Positions 52,450 through 64,000 of a stretch of DNA of 64,000 nt are shown one piece after another. A model generated the notes under the pieces. The model had not been told where the DNA came from, made no database searches, and saw nothing but the letters and a program-made list of their open reading frames with translations. This DNA is from Microbotryum violaceum. Its lineage: Eukaryota. Numbering within the stretch: position 1 is the first letter of the stretch; the number at the start of each line of letters is the position of its first letter. Made by a program: the position numbers and the translations under genes. The stretch covers positions 744,001 to 808,000 of the forward strand of contig CDLV01000013.1 in assembly GCA_001244265.2 (NCBI GenBank), read 5' to 3'.

Positions 52450-53516
52450 GATTCAGACCCAGGTCAAAATAAACGATGGTAGATCGAAGGCCGAACCTCC
52501 GCGAGGAGGAGTCGGCTGCTGCTGAGGAGAGCAGAACAAGTCGATCGGGCGTGTGCTCATCTTGGTTTCCCAGCTTCCAAATTCCAAGTGCTGCCCTGAT
52601 CGCGGGTCCCAAACTCCCCAGTTTCGTCAAAGCCGCGTGACCACCGTTCTTATCACATTCGACATTTTCACTGTACTAGAGTACCTACGCAGTTTTGCTT
52701 ATGCATTTCTGCACAGGATGGCTCTGTTGTGGTCGGCATCCTAGATTCACTCGGTGGTAGCTGAGGGCTCCAGCTCCCCCGCCGTATAGCACGGGCGCTC
52801 ATCTTTCGGAATTCCGACACGTCGACCGACAGTGACACGTCCCCCTGCAGCCTGGTGGATCAGTGCACTGCCGCGACAGGCTCAGTATATGCTCAGGGGT
52901 CTTTCAGTTGTGATATCGCTGTTAACTAAGTGCAAGAAAGGCCAGCCTGGATTTCCAAGGACGTGACAACGTTAGCGTTCCGCTAACCGCGAGGGGCGAT
53001 ATTTCAACGCGGGGAAATTAAGCTTTGTGTGCATTTAGGTCCCTGCTCACTTATAATTGAGGGGCGCTGGACTGCGTTCGTGATAATAGACAAAAGGTCG
53101 AATGAGCGCATCGTTCCACACAGCCAGAGGGCCACAGATTCAGATTCAACCATGCGAGACGATCGATCGATGACGGATGTCAACGCTCATTCTTCTCGTT
53201 TCGCTCTGCGATGTGGGGATAAACGCAGGACAAATGGCAGATAGTTCTTTACCTCGCGACCATCTACGACCTTGAACGTCAACAAAACTAGAGGTCAATC
53301 TGAAAAATGGACCCGAGAGAGAGGTCGCCGATCTAGAAGCGACTCGGACTCGAGCCCCCGATCGTCAGCAGTTCGGGTCCACCACGCCTGCTAGTTCTCA
53401 AGGTGCCTCAATATTGAATCGCTTTGCACATACCAGGGAAGAACCGCATACTACAACAGCAAACATCAAACCATAATTGAGTAATCAGAAAATGTTGAAA
53501 CCTTTTAGTTACCTCC

Positions 53517-56500
53517 TCAAGCATCCTGACTCTTCAACCACTTTCGCAAAGGCTCTGGTACGTCCCTCGACCTTTCTTGTCGGATTCGAACGGCTTCATC
53601 CAATGTCGAATCCCAAGGCACAAATCGGTACAGCTTGAAACGATCGCCACGACTCGGCGAAGGGCGTTGTGTCGTCTTGCCCGTCCAAGGGAGTAGGATC
53701 TCCAAAGCTCGCAGTCGATCAAAGGACTGCAACGAAGAAGACGTCAGCGAGCCCAGCCTGCGAGACAGAAGTAAGTGAGGTGAAAAACAAGACGCACCAT
53801 ACAGAACGCTAGTCGTGTCCATGCCTTCGCCGACACCATCAGTCGATTGCGTTGGACATGCTCGAGGTAGCAACGGTAGAGCAGCTCGACGTTGACAGCA
53901 TTTTCGTGTTTGGCGCGCATGTGTTTGGCCGCGACGCAGACGGTCAAATCGAGAATCGTCAGGTCTGTGAACCCCGTGAACGGTCAGTTGAATTGGTTCT
54001 CACATGGGGGGAAACGTCGCTGAGCTCGAACTCACGGTCAAGTGGCAGGTCTTCACGGAATGTCGGTTTTGCTCCGGCGATGAACATGCAGTGGGAGAGA
54101 TGGGGCAGTCGGAGCATCTGGTCGTCGTCCTTCACCAAATTTTCGCAATGGGTCAAAACAGGGGCCTGAGGCAACGAGACGAACGCCGTCAGCATCGATC
54201 CCGGGAAAATCCCATTCAAGTAGGCTTGAGAAGCTCACCAATGCATGCAAAAGTGGCGCAGGTGTGTTGCCGTGAATGGACCACACTCGCTCTAGATGGT
54301 CCAAGACGAGAGGATCATCCAAGAAAGCCTTGATGGACACGATCTCCGAGTCAGTGGTTTTCGACGGAAGTAGAAGGTGGCTGCCAGCGTGTACTCACTT
54401 CGACCTCCAAATTCCAATCATCTGCCATCGGCCCCAAGTAGTGCTCGTCACCGAACTCGTGAAAGGCAGTCGCGTCGACAGACAGCACTTGCTTGGCCAG
54501 TTCGGTGTAGCTGTTAAAGTCGCTTTGAAGAACCATCTGATGCACCTGAGATTGACACCTCGAACGAACTCGTTTTTCGAGGATCGAGAGGCAGTCCTGA
54601 ACGGTGGAATGAGGAATGAAGAATCGATTGACAGTGTCCAATAAAGATCGATTGTCAGTGCTCAAGAAATCCGACGTTCACATGGGTAGGATCAGTAAGA
54701 CTCACGGATCGAGCACTCAGGCCCACCACGCCCATCCCAGCCTTGCGTCGGTTGCCCTGTACGATGTCCAGCAACGAATAGAGAAAGCTCTGCCTAGGGT
54801 GCTGGGCGAACAAATCGAACTCGTCGACGAGAATGATGATCGGTTTCTCCGCAACAGATCGGGGGTCGTTCGCTGGTTCGAGCATACGCAGCAAGGTCGT
54901 CATTGTCGCCGCGTTGGAGCCAAAGTCGCCATCCTCGTCTGAGAGCCCCTGACTCTGAAGTTGGTGCGCAATCGACCGCAGCGCCAGACGGTCGGTGGTG
55001 TGGACGAGGCCGCTGAGACGAACGATGATCAAAGCATCCTTTCCGTGAGCCTTTTCCAGAACTTGGACCGTTCGTTCGAAAAGCTGGTGAAGCCGCCGGC
55101 TAAGAAGGTCAGTCATTCCTCGAGGCGCCTGGTGACCTAGCATGTTTGTAAAGGCACTCACCATCGTCTTGCCCACTCCCCGAGGTCCCAGCATAATCAG
55201 ACAGTTGCCCACGTTATGTTGCACGACACCGTTCATAGCGTAGCGAAGCGGCTTCTCCCACTGCGAATACCCACCTGAGAGGTAGGGGTAGGCCGGCGCA
55301 TCGCGTCGATCAAATTGTGCTGGCGCTCGTGGCTGTCTTGGCAGCGTCCATCCGTTGAGGCCATTTAGAATACGAGAGAAGAGGAACGATAAGTTTCGAG
55401 CCGGGTAGAGTCGCGAATGGTCGAGCAAATCGCGGATCGGAGCGACCGTCTCGGTCGTTGCCATTTCGGTGACGGCTGTCGACAACTTGCCGCCACGGCT
55501 CGGACTCGGCAAGACGTCCAGTTCATCAGCCGAAGAGTCTTCGTCGCCATCATCCATGTGCCAGCCTACGAGTCGATTACGCAGTTCCTTAGGCGCGGCG
55601 TCGATATCGAGTTTGGCGACAGGTAGTCGTCGAGCTCGGGCGGAACGTCGAGGGGTAGTCTCCGCAGGTGTTTGGTTCTTGGACCGAGAGGGTATCGAGG
55701 ACCTTTGTCTCTGCTCATCCGCTTCCTCGTCCTCGTCCTCGTTGCCTTCCCGCTCTTCGGCATCGGTCTCCTCCTCCGCAGTGTCGACGCTGGCCGCCCG
55801 TGCACGTCGGATGGGTCTGGTGGGTAGCGATTTATTGACTCGAGGATGTTTTGTCGGTGTCGACCTAGGCGTTGCAAGCTGTCGCGGTTGGTCTTGCAAG
55901 AAATTCTGTGCGATGTTCTCTGGATCCGACTCTTCTGACTCGTCGTCGTTGACTGGCTTGGCCCGGTTACGCTTTGAAGGTGTCTCGATGAGCGCGGAGT
56001 CGTTCGAAGATCGTTTACTACGCTTGCTGGGAGTGTCGGTGATTGCATTCTTGCTGCGCTTTGATGTTGTCTGCGGTGTATAGAGCGCTTGGGCCGCCGC
56101 GGCGCTCGTCGTCACCTGTCGAGCGCTTCGTCGCGCCGTTCGCGATGGGGTCGACAATCCCGAGTCATCGCCGTCTATCATCATTGAGTCCTGGTTCCGT
56201 GACGTGTCACTTGACTTTATTCGCGATTTTGTCGGGGTTCGAGTCACTGAAGAGGCGGGTGTCCGAAGGTGTGATGGCTTGGACGCGTCGAGTCGCGCCT
56301 CGTCACACTCGCCGAGACGCCCGCTGTTCCGACGCCCGCCTTTGCTGTAGTTGACCTTGACGCTCTGGACAGGTCGATCTGGTGTGGTTTCGAAGTCGTG
56401 TATCTTGCTTTCGTGCGCTGTAGCGGGTTCCGTCTTGCGCGATCGCGCGCCCCTGCGGCCGACGAGAGACTGGGACAAGGTGGTGCTGCTGTGACGGCGC

Positions 56501-56601
56501 TTGGGCGGCGACGATGGCGCTGTCATGAGCGAGGGACCATCTTCATCACTTGATGTATTCGTTTGTCGACGTTGACGACTTTGAATACGAGCAGAGACCA
56601 T
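53517..56601 (-). CDS. ORC4: Origin recognition complex subunit 4 with long N-terminal disordered extension
   Basis: GNCLIMLGPRGVGKT (Walker A), IVRLSGLVHTTDRLALRSIAHQL, ILVDEFDLFAQHPRQSFLYSLLD and LEKRVRSR, all Orc4 signatures. Ends LRKWLKSQDA*. Confidence 0.93.
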
Positions 56602-57579
56602 GATGCTTGAAGTGCGGCCACCGATGAATCGAGGAAGCGGACAATGAGGTTGGAAAAGGAAGGTCGGGCGGGGTGAACGAGCACGCGGCACACGGGCAGT
56701 GTCGCGTCAACAAGTGTCGGCAATTTGTGATCGACAGGGCCCTGGGCGCCCGCCCCCCAGAGTTGTCTCACTCGCGCGCGCACGGGCCGCCCAAGCCCCA
56801 GACGATCGGTCGCACCAGGTGATGACCCGCTTCCAGTGGATTAAGTGGCTCGACATCAGTTTCTAGCGTCCAACTAGCTGATCTTCGATTTCGCTTATCA
56901 AATGCGGGGGTATGCAGTCGCCAAGACGGCACGTCAGCCCCTGAATCCGAAACGTCGGGCGAGCCCGAGGAGGGCCGCCTCTAGGACCCGAGGGGTGACC
57001 ACTATCGGGATAATTAAGTAACGCTGTTGGAAAAAAACATTTCTTCTGTAAGGGCCAATTTGGCTTACTTCCCTGAAGTAGACTACAAGACAAGAGTCTA
57101 CTACTCGGCAGCTCACTCTGAATCACCCGAGTCACGCTAAATGCCTATGCATCCTATGCCTCGGCACAGAGCGCGGCATCGCCGAGCCCCCCCCCTGCTG
57201 CCATTTCGTAATCCCTTCCCGGCTGGGGCGGGGCTCGCGCTGTCTCCTCTTTCGCGCAACAATGCTCGGCCCAGTGAGTACTCGACGCTCGGACCAGGCA
57301 AGTGGTCATCTTCTTCTGGTCGCCTAACGACCACACTTGCGGTTTCTTCTCGTCACTCGAGAGAAAGTTCTCCTTGGGTCAGCAGCGAGCAGGACCCCGT
57401 GTCTTCCCTCTTCTTCTCCGCCCTCTGACATTCATCCATTGCTGCGTGTTCTTCTGCTTCCTCACTCTGCAAAATTTGACCCCACCAAAGCTGCTTGGGT
57501 GTGCCTGCAGCTCGACCGCCGCCGGTCCGCCGATCCCGCATCGTCCCCAGCAAACTTGTTCCGATTCAATATCTGTACG

Positions 57580-60500
57580 ATGCAGGATTACGACTCTCGG
57601 ATCATGATGTTGATGGCACGTGACACGTTCTGTTGTGCCGTCGGCTGCGCGGCGGCTATCGTGCTCGGGGGTCGCCTGCTCTACAAGATTCGATGGCAGC
57701 GCCCCGCCGTTCCTCCCGTGATCGCGACAATGGCCGCTCCATCTTGCACTCTCGCCCGCGCCCTGGCCCCTGCGACCTGGGCCAACCCCACCGTGACGCA
57801 TCGCCTCGACGACTGGATCCTCGAGTCGCTCTTGCTCGCATCCGGTATGTTCTCTCTCCACCCGCTCCTACGTCCATGCTCTTGCTTCTTACTCTGTCGC
57901 AACGCTGATGCGTTCGGTTGGCTCAATGCGGACTCGGCGGCTGACTCCCACCCCCGCTCCTTTTCCCCAAACCTCCAACCCCCCTGTCCCTGCCCCCGCT
58001 GCATACAACGACCCCTCGATCTTGGCCTTGCTTGCACCTCCCCAGTCGATACATCACTCGCCCTCTTCTCCTTAAATGTCGTCCACAATGCGTGCTTTGG
58101 TTTGAGACGTATCACCGTGATCTTGTCGATGTTTGCCATAGGATGTGAGCCCCTGACACCCCACCTCCGCCATCTCGGATCCGGCCTCGTGACCACAATC
58201 CTGATCCAACGCTTCCGCGCTTTTGCCAGCTGTTGCGGCATCTCGTGTGTCGCCTCTCGCGGTCCACTCGTCGTACCCTTTTGACACTGCCTCCGTCCTG
58301 CATATCCTTTCACACATCGCCTTCGGTTTAGTTGGGGCTTTGTTCTTGCGATGGTCGCACGCCCCTGGTCTCGACAACTACAAAGCTGCGGAAGGGATTG
58401 TGAGGCTAGGTGTTTGGTTGAATTGAACCTAGGAGTGGAGCTAACGCACACCAGTGCAATGGATGGCACAGGGTCCAAGCATGCCACAAGCCGGGACTGC
58501 TGTTAACCTCTGCCAACGTCATTCGCCTCGCGCACCGCAAGGAGATCAACCTTCAGCACGCGATGGTATCAACCTCGGTATACATCGCGCAGCATTTGTC
58601 AGTTAGATGGTACATTCCCCTGAAGCTCTGGAGGACGCGGAAGACTGACTCTTACCTGTCGCTCGGTCATCACAGCGAAATGTCTCGAACCGGCAATTTG
58701 TCAAGGTCGCACCGTTCGTCGCCGCCTTGCACTGCTCGACCCGCCTGCAACCTGGACTCCTCAGCTCCATCGTACAAGACATTCCCTTTGTGAACGTCCA
58801 CTCGATCAGCAACTCAGCCCTCGATGGTTGGGTCCACCTCGTCGCATCAGCAGGCGTGTACGCGCTGAGATGGGCGGTCCGTAACGTGCTCGTGGTCACC
58901 CGTACGTGCCAGCTCTAGTCTCCTCGCACAATGAGCCTTGGCATCATCTAATCACTCAAATTGACGCGTCTTTTGTACCACTCTCAACTACAGTGTCCTT
59001 TGTCCTAGTCTACAAGCTCCGGTGGCCGACATTCAATCTCGTGCCGTTGCGACTCTTGGGCCGCTCCATTCGGCGAATCTCGGCGGAGGGACATCGGAAT
59101 CCTACCGACGCGCACACGGGCGTCAATCACGCTGAGAGTGATGAAATTCCCCAGCCTTCCGTTGAACGCATGGATCTACCCGACGGTCATGGTGGAGAGC
59201 GCAGTGCCCCGCTCGTTGCCGAGCCCTCGAACCGATCCCGATCACCTACCGTTACAACTCAGCCTCATTCTCGGAATTCTACGTCCCCCGCTCAAGTGTT
59301 CCCTGCAGCTGCAGCTTCTTATGGCGAATCGCAACAGCAACCAGTGGAGGAGCCTGCAGCTCCAATCGAGGCTAAGTGCAACGTACCATCATCCTCAAAC
59401 AGTCCAAACTGGCACAACCTCGAGACGATTTCCAAGAAGCAGAGCCATCCTTCTGGGTCCGGCTGGCTTCGACGACGAGTTCGCATGCGTACATCCCTCG
59501 GCACGATCCTCACCACCTTCTCACCTAAGCATCGAGAACACTCCTCTCCCGTCACTGAAACCCCCTCTGCCTCATCAAGTCAAGTCGATCCGGTGGATGT
59601 GTGCCGTGTCCTCGACGAACAGGATGCCTCGCCCAAGCCTTCCCAGACGAGAGCCCCGAACGGTCGCGCCGAGAGGAACCCCAAGGCCATCGATCGAGCT
59701 CCCATTCAAGTCGCCGAGCCAGAGGTATCACCGTTCATGCCAGCGATTACGACGGATGAGATCGAGCCCCCCTCGACGCCCCGTGAGGCCAGAAAGTCCG
59801 TCTTCATCGAGCAGCTCGGTACTTCACCTCAGAACCCTATCCCGGAAGTGACATCGGCCGATACCTCAACCCCCTTCGAACCCGATTCAGAGCTCAACGA
59901 TCGACCGAACTCGCGTTGGCTGCTGCCTCCGTTGACGTCACGTTCAGTCACTGCACCTACGACCCCTCCTTCGCCTCCGATCGCTGAACGCCTTACTCGT
60001 GCAGCGAGCATGGAGGCGATGCATCAGATCACGCGCAGTTTGCTTTGCACGCCTCGAAGTCCTCGTTCCGAAAACGGCAGTCACAACAGAACCGGTCGTT
60101 TCAGCTCCATTGCTTCGCGCATGGGTGTCCCCAGCCATGAATCCCCCATGACACCCACATCGCCGTCGGGATCAACTTCACCCTCCTCACCGACATCACC
60201 GCCTTCTTCGCCTACCTCGCTTACTCCTCCTAGAACGCCCGAGACGCCCGTTTCCTCAATACCCGCTTCGCCATCGACCCCTCCCTCACGATCACGTTCT
60301 TCGCAACCATACTCGACCCCTCAACGAGTCATCTCGGCGTCAAAGCGTCTGCACCGTCAAGCCAAGGACATCGTGGTACCCAACTCGCGAGATAGTGTGC
60401 ACTCGAGCTCAGAGCTCAGCTTCCATTGTGCCGGAGATAGCGAGGTGCTCGAGATTCTGGTGACGACGACGCGCACTCAAGTGACCGAAGAGGACGGACA

Positions 60501-61263
60501 AGTGGGATCGCCGATGTCTAAATTGACTGCGGACGGTGGTGCCCAAGTCGCCGAATCTTCTCATGCCCCATCAGAGAAGATCCCGGGTGGCGTCGTCGCG
60601 CGTGCTCGAACGATAATCACGAAGAAGACGCGGTGGTGGAACAACCCCACTTCCTCGACTCGAATGCTGAGTCGCAGCATCTTCCACAAGGCGTTCAAGT
60701 CGCCGCTCGCGAGAAACAAGAGATACCCGGCCCCTGTCAACACCTCCGAGCTCGACCTCTTTTCGCCGAGGCCCCCGAGTATTCAGGATCCCAACGATAC
60801 CACCACGTTCACTTTGGGCTCTCCCATTTCCGACTCTTTCTGGCGTCCAGAGAGCACACAACGCTCTCGCTCAGAACCACCTTCTCTGCGCGAGCCATCA
60901 CGACCTAAACCTTCGCGCGCGAGGATCGCGGAGGAACGTCCTTCATTGTTCTTACTTTCCCTTGAAGACCATCAGGCTTCTCCAGGTGAGTCACATGTGC
61001 TAGAGCCTTTTTGAATTGATTTGAAGAGTGAGCGGCCGAAGTAAGTTGAAACACCTCCTTCAAGCTTCTGCCTCGCAGACACGCCCGAGCTCGTCGATTT
61101 GTGGAAGGACGTGATGGAGTGGAAGCGCACTTATCATGGCCACGACGATTCATGTGAAGAGCTTCGGACGGACGGCTCTTCGTTCCCTTCCGTCTGTGAG
61201 CAATACCCCGACTTCCCTCAAGTACCCTCAAGAGGTTTGCGATCGACATCTACGTTCATTTAA
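57580..61263 (+). CDS. Hypothetical multi-pass membrane protein with long Ser/Pro-rich C-terminal tail
   Basis: Several hydrophobic segments lie in the N-terminal exons (57580-59030), followed by a 700-aa Ser/Pro/Thr-rich ORF and a terminal exon 61079-61263. The N-terminal exon structure is uncertain. Confidence 0.55.
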
Positions 61264-61641
61264 GCGCATGAATTTCTTTGCCTCTAAAAGTCGGCACGAT
61301 CACGGTTCGGCCGACCTCAGTTTGGTTCGTCTCGCTCTTGCTTCTTGTACTGCTTTTTTCTGTTTGTACTGCGTTCGCACCACCCCTCTTGGTTCTCCTG
61401 TTTTTTCGGTTCTCTTGTCCGTAGCCTCTTCGTCTCGCTAGCTCAAAGACACTCTGTGCCGCAGCTCTTACATACCCCCTAATTCCACCACCTCTAATTT
61501 GAAATTTGCAGTACTTTCTTGTAATCCTGTGACTTACATCCTTGAGGGAGCAAGTCTCAAAATTTCATGTGTACTTCTCTCCGGTGATTCTAAAGAAGTT
61601 ATCGTGTTACAACAAAAAGACTCGAGAATGCAAAACGCTGC

Positions 61642-63966
61642 TCAATAAAACGCCTTCATCTTCTCCCCATAATGCTCCTTGACCAGCTCCAAAATTTTCT
61701 CGGCCCTCTCCGGCCCATCCTCTCTCGACATCTTTGCCAACGTCTCGACCATCCCTAATCCACCCCTACTCCTCCCTTCCTTGGAGAACACCACCTTCTC
61801 CGCCTCATCGTACCTTCCCCACCTACACAACGCCTCGACCCAACTCGACCAATGTTTCTCGTTCCTCATCACCCCGAAGAACTTGCTCTTCTCCAACGAA
61901 GCCCATACATCCTCCCCCCGTTTCATCGCTTCAAAGGATCCGTCGAATCCACACGTATCGAGGTAAATGGAAACGCTTCGATCGTCGACTTTGGGTCCTA
62001 GACCTCGGCCGGCGTTGAGCCGCAGAGTGTCCCAGATCCGATAGGCGGTCGAATAAGCACCTACGCGAGAATAAGCCCCCATGAGCGAGTTGAACAACGG
62101 TGTATCGGGATCGAGGGAGCTATCGAGTTTGATCAGGGAGTGCAGGTGCGCGATCGTTGATGTGCTCGCCGAGGGGGCTCGAGAATAGTAGCTCAGCAAG
62201 AGGGAGTAGGTCGCCGAATCGGCGGGGCAATTGCTATATCGCATGTCGGAGAGGAACTCGAGGATGATCTTGGGAGGGGCGGGATCGCTGTCCTCCGCTT
62301 TCTCGAACTTGAGCGACGTGAAGGCCGAGAGAATCGTGTTGTAGCTCTGTAGGTCGTAGACGCTCGCATCGAGAGCTCGGATCTGATCGTAGGCCGTGAA
62401 CGCTTCCTCGTACGAAGACGAAGCGCGCATCAACCCAATGATATGCCATGTCGCCAACGTGCCGTCCAACTTGATCCCTCGCTCGCGCATGTCCGCCACA
62501 AGGGTGCGAGAGAAAGCGAGATCGGGATGGGCACGAGACGCACAGGCCCGGAGCAGGGTGATGTAGATCGAATAGTCCGGCCCCAGCTTGTACGACTTGG
62601 ATGCTTGCGCCAGGTCTTCGTAGAGCGCCTTGGCCGATGCCAACGATTGGGACGACGGCTGAGACAGAAGCCCATCGATGAGAGGCTGCACGATACTAGA
62701 GCTGATGGGTACGGAGCGATCGCGCATCTCCTGGTAAAGTCCCAGCGCCTGGTCGAGCCCACCCGACGAAGCTCGCAGGAGGCGGTGGATGAGCAAAGCC
62801 CAAGACCTCCGATCGCCAACGGAGCCCGTGACGTCCTCGATGTGCTCGATGAGCTTGATCGCCGCTTCTACTGTGTCGACCTGCTTGGAGCCGTACTTGA
62901 TCAAGGTGTTGAGCGTCCATGCGTCGGGGATGAACCCCTGATCGCGGTAACGATTCGTGGTCTGCACACCGGCCTCGACACCTTCACTGGCGCAGGTATA
63001 CGCTATGACGGCATTGACGGCGGCCACATCCCGCTCCCACGATGGCTTCCCGACCATCTCCTCGTCAATGATGCGCACCAACCGCCGATGAACGATCTTG
63101 GCGCTGGCCAATTCGCCCTTGTCGACGAAACCCGAGAGCAGCGCGGTCTCTGTCCATGCGTCGGCTTCGATCTCGGCCTCCTGCATCTCCTGTACGAGTT
63201 CCCTGACCTGTGCGATCTCGTCGGCCTCAAAGGCGGCGCTGATGGCGATGTTGTAGGTGTAGACGTCGGGTCGCTTGTCGAACTGGCGCATGCGCTCGAT
63301 CGTGGCCCGAACGCGGTCGAGCTGCTTGGCGCGGCGGAAGCCAGAGATGATGACGTTCCAGTCCTTGACGATGGGAGTGACCGAATACGTGTCGGGCATG
63401 CCCTCTATCCATTTGAGTGCGGCATCGGCCTTGCCGGCCTTGCACAAACCGCGCAAGAGTAGGTGGTGATCGACTCGGCCCGGTTGGATGCGGAGCGAGT
63501 GCAGGTCGGTGAACATGCGCATCAGCAGGTCGAGCCGGTCCGTCGACGCGACAAAGGCAAGCACGGATCTCAGTCGAGCATGGTCAAACACGGGTGGCGA
63601 GGCGGGTGTACCTCGTGTCGCCTCTCGGTTCGCGGCGAGCTGTTCCGTTTCGTCGCGCGCGGCCTTGGCGAACTTGGGGTACAGCTTGCCGATCAGATCC
63701 AGCCGTTCCTGTTGGCGGGCATCGTTGAGCTCACTCAGCAGCTTGCTCGCCGTGGGTGGTGGTGGCCGACGGTTGAAGAGGAACGTGGACCGTGAGGAGC
63801 TGCTGAATGATCGCTGCGACGACGAGGAGCGCGTGCTGGACGAGTTGGATCCGCTTGACGTCACGACGGCGGGGCGGGGAGGCCATGTCGAGCCAATACA
63901 CCGTGGGACATGGTTCCATGCTCCCAGAATCGTACGAGAGCTCCGAGGAGCCGAGGAAGCGAGCAT
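61642..63966 (-). CDS. Mitochondrial pentatricopeptide repeat (PPR) protein
   Basis: Intronless 774-aa ORF with a presequence and ~35-aa repeats (PIVKDWNVIISGF, PDVYTYNIAISAA, PDAWTLNTLI, PDYSIYITLLRAC, PDTPLFNSLMGAYSRVG). Confidence 0.92.
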   Translation of the reverse strand: MLASSAPRSSRTILGAWNHVPRCIGSTWPPRPAVVTSSGSNSSSTRSSSSQRSFSSSSRSTFLFNRRPPPPTASKLLSELNDARQQERLDLIGKLYPKFAKAARDETEQLAANREATRGTPASPPVFDHARLRSVLAFVASTDRLDLLMRMFTDLHSLRIQPGRVDHHLLLRGLCKAGKADAALKWIEGMPDTYSVTPIVKDWNVIISGFRRAKQLDRVRATIERMRQFDKRPDVYTYNIAISAAFEADEIAQVRELVQEMQEAEIEADAWTETALLSGFVDKGELASAKIVHRRLVRIIDEEMVGKPSWERDVAAVNAVIAYTCASEGVEAGVQTTNRYRDQGFIPDAWTLNTLIKYGSKQVDTVEAAIKLIEHIEDVTGSVGDRRSWALLIHRLLRASSGGLDQALGLYQEMRDRSVPISSSIVQPLIDGLLSQPSSQSLASAKALYEDLAQASKSYKLGPDYSIYITLLRACASRAHPDLAFSRTLVADMRERGIKLDGTLATWHIIGLMRASSSYEEAFTAYDQIRALDASVYDLQSYNTILSAFTSLKFEKAEDSDPAPPKIILEFLSDMRYSNCPADSATYSLLLSYYSRAPSASTSTIAHLHSLIKLDSSLDPDTPLFNSLMGAYSRVGAYSTAYRIWDTLRLNAGRGLGPKVDDRSVSIYLDTCGFDGSFEAMKRGEDVWASLEKSKFFGVMRNEKHWSSWVEALCRWGRYDEAEKVVFSKEGRSRGGLGMVETLAKMSREDGPERAEKILELVKEHYGEKMKAFY

Positions 63967-64000
63967 CGCGCAGATGGATGCGAGAGCGTAATCGTCAGTC

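Overview
This is eukaryotic, intron-rich, gene-dense DNA, most likely from a basidiomycete fungus (probably a Pucciniomycotina/Microbotryomycetes-type yeast; inferred from gene content, short introns and GT(G/A/C)AGT donors). The first ~9 kb is a rearranged accessory block. It holds two tandem copies of a UNC-93-like MFS gene that are near-identical in their 3' 1.66 kb but clearly diverged in their 5' part. A decayed Helitron RepHel remnant lies between the copies, and a 5'-truncated Ty1/copia element sits in the promoter of copy 2. The rest is mostly housekeeping: UTP11, NPL4, a Zn2Cys6 transcription factor, a GatF/GatC-like gene, a METTL4-like MT-A70 methyltransferase, glycogen phosphorylase, a LYR protein, SSS1/Sec61-gamma, BET2, SLX9-like, an XRCC2-like Rad51 paralogue, an alpha/beta hydrolase, polyubiquitin, Asp-tRNA synthetase, mitochondrial ACP, ADE5,7, RPL41, a tail-anchored hypothetical protein, ORC4, a membrane hypothetical protein and a PPR protein. 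The notable oddities are splicing-related: a predicted 2-nt exon splitting the RPL41 start codon, 5-nt and 13-nt microexons, and at least five GC-AG introns. There is also a candidate selective-autophagy receptor. Several 1-bp homopolymer deletions look like uncorrected long-read errors rather than pseudogenes. All gene models were spliced by eye and no database searches were run.
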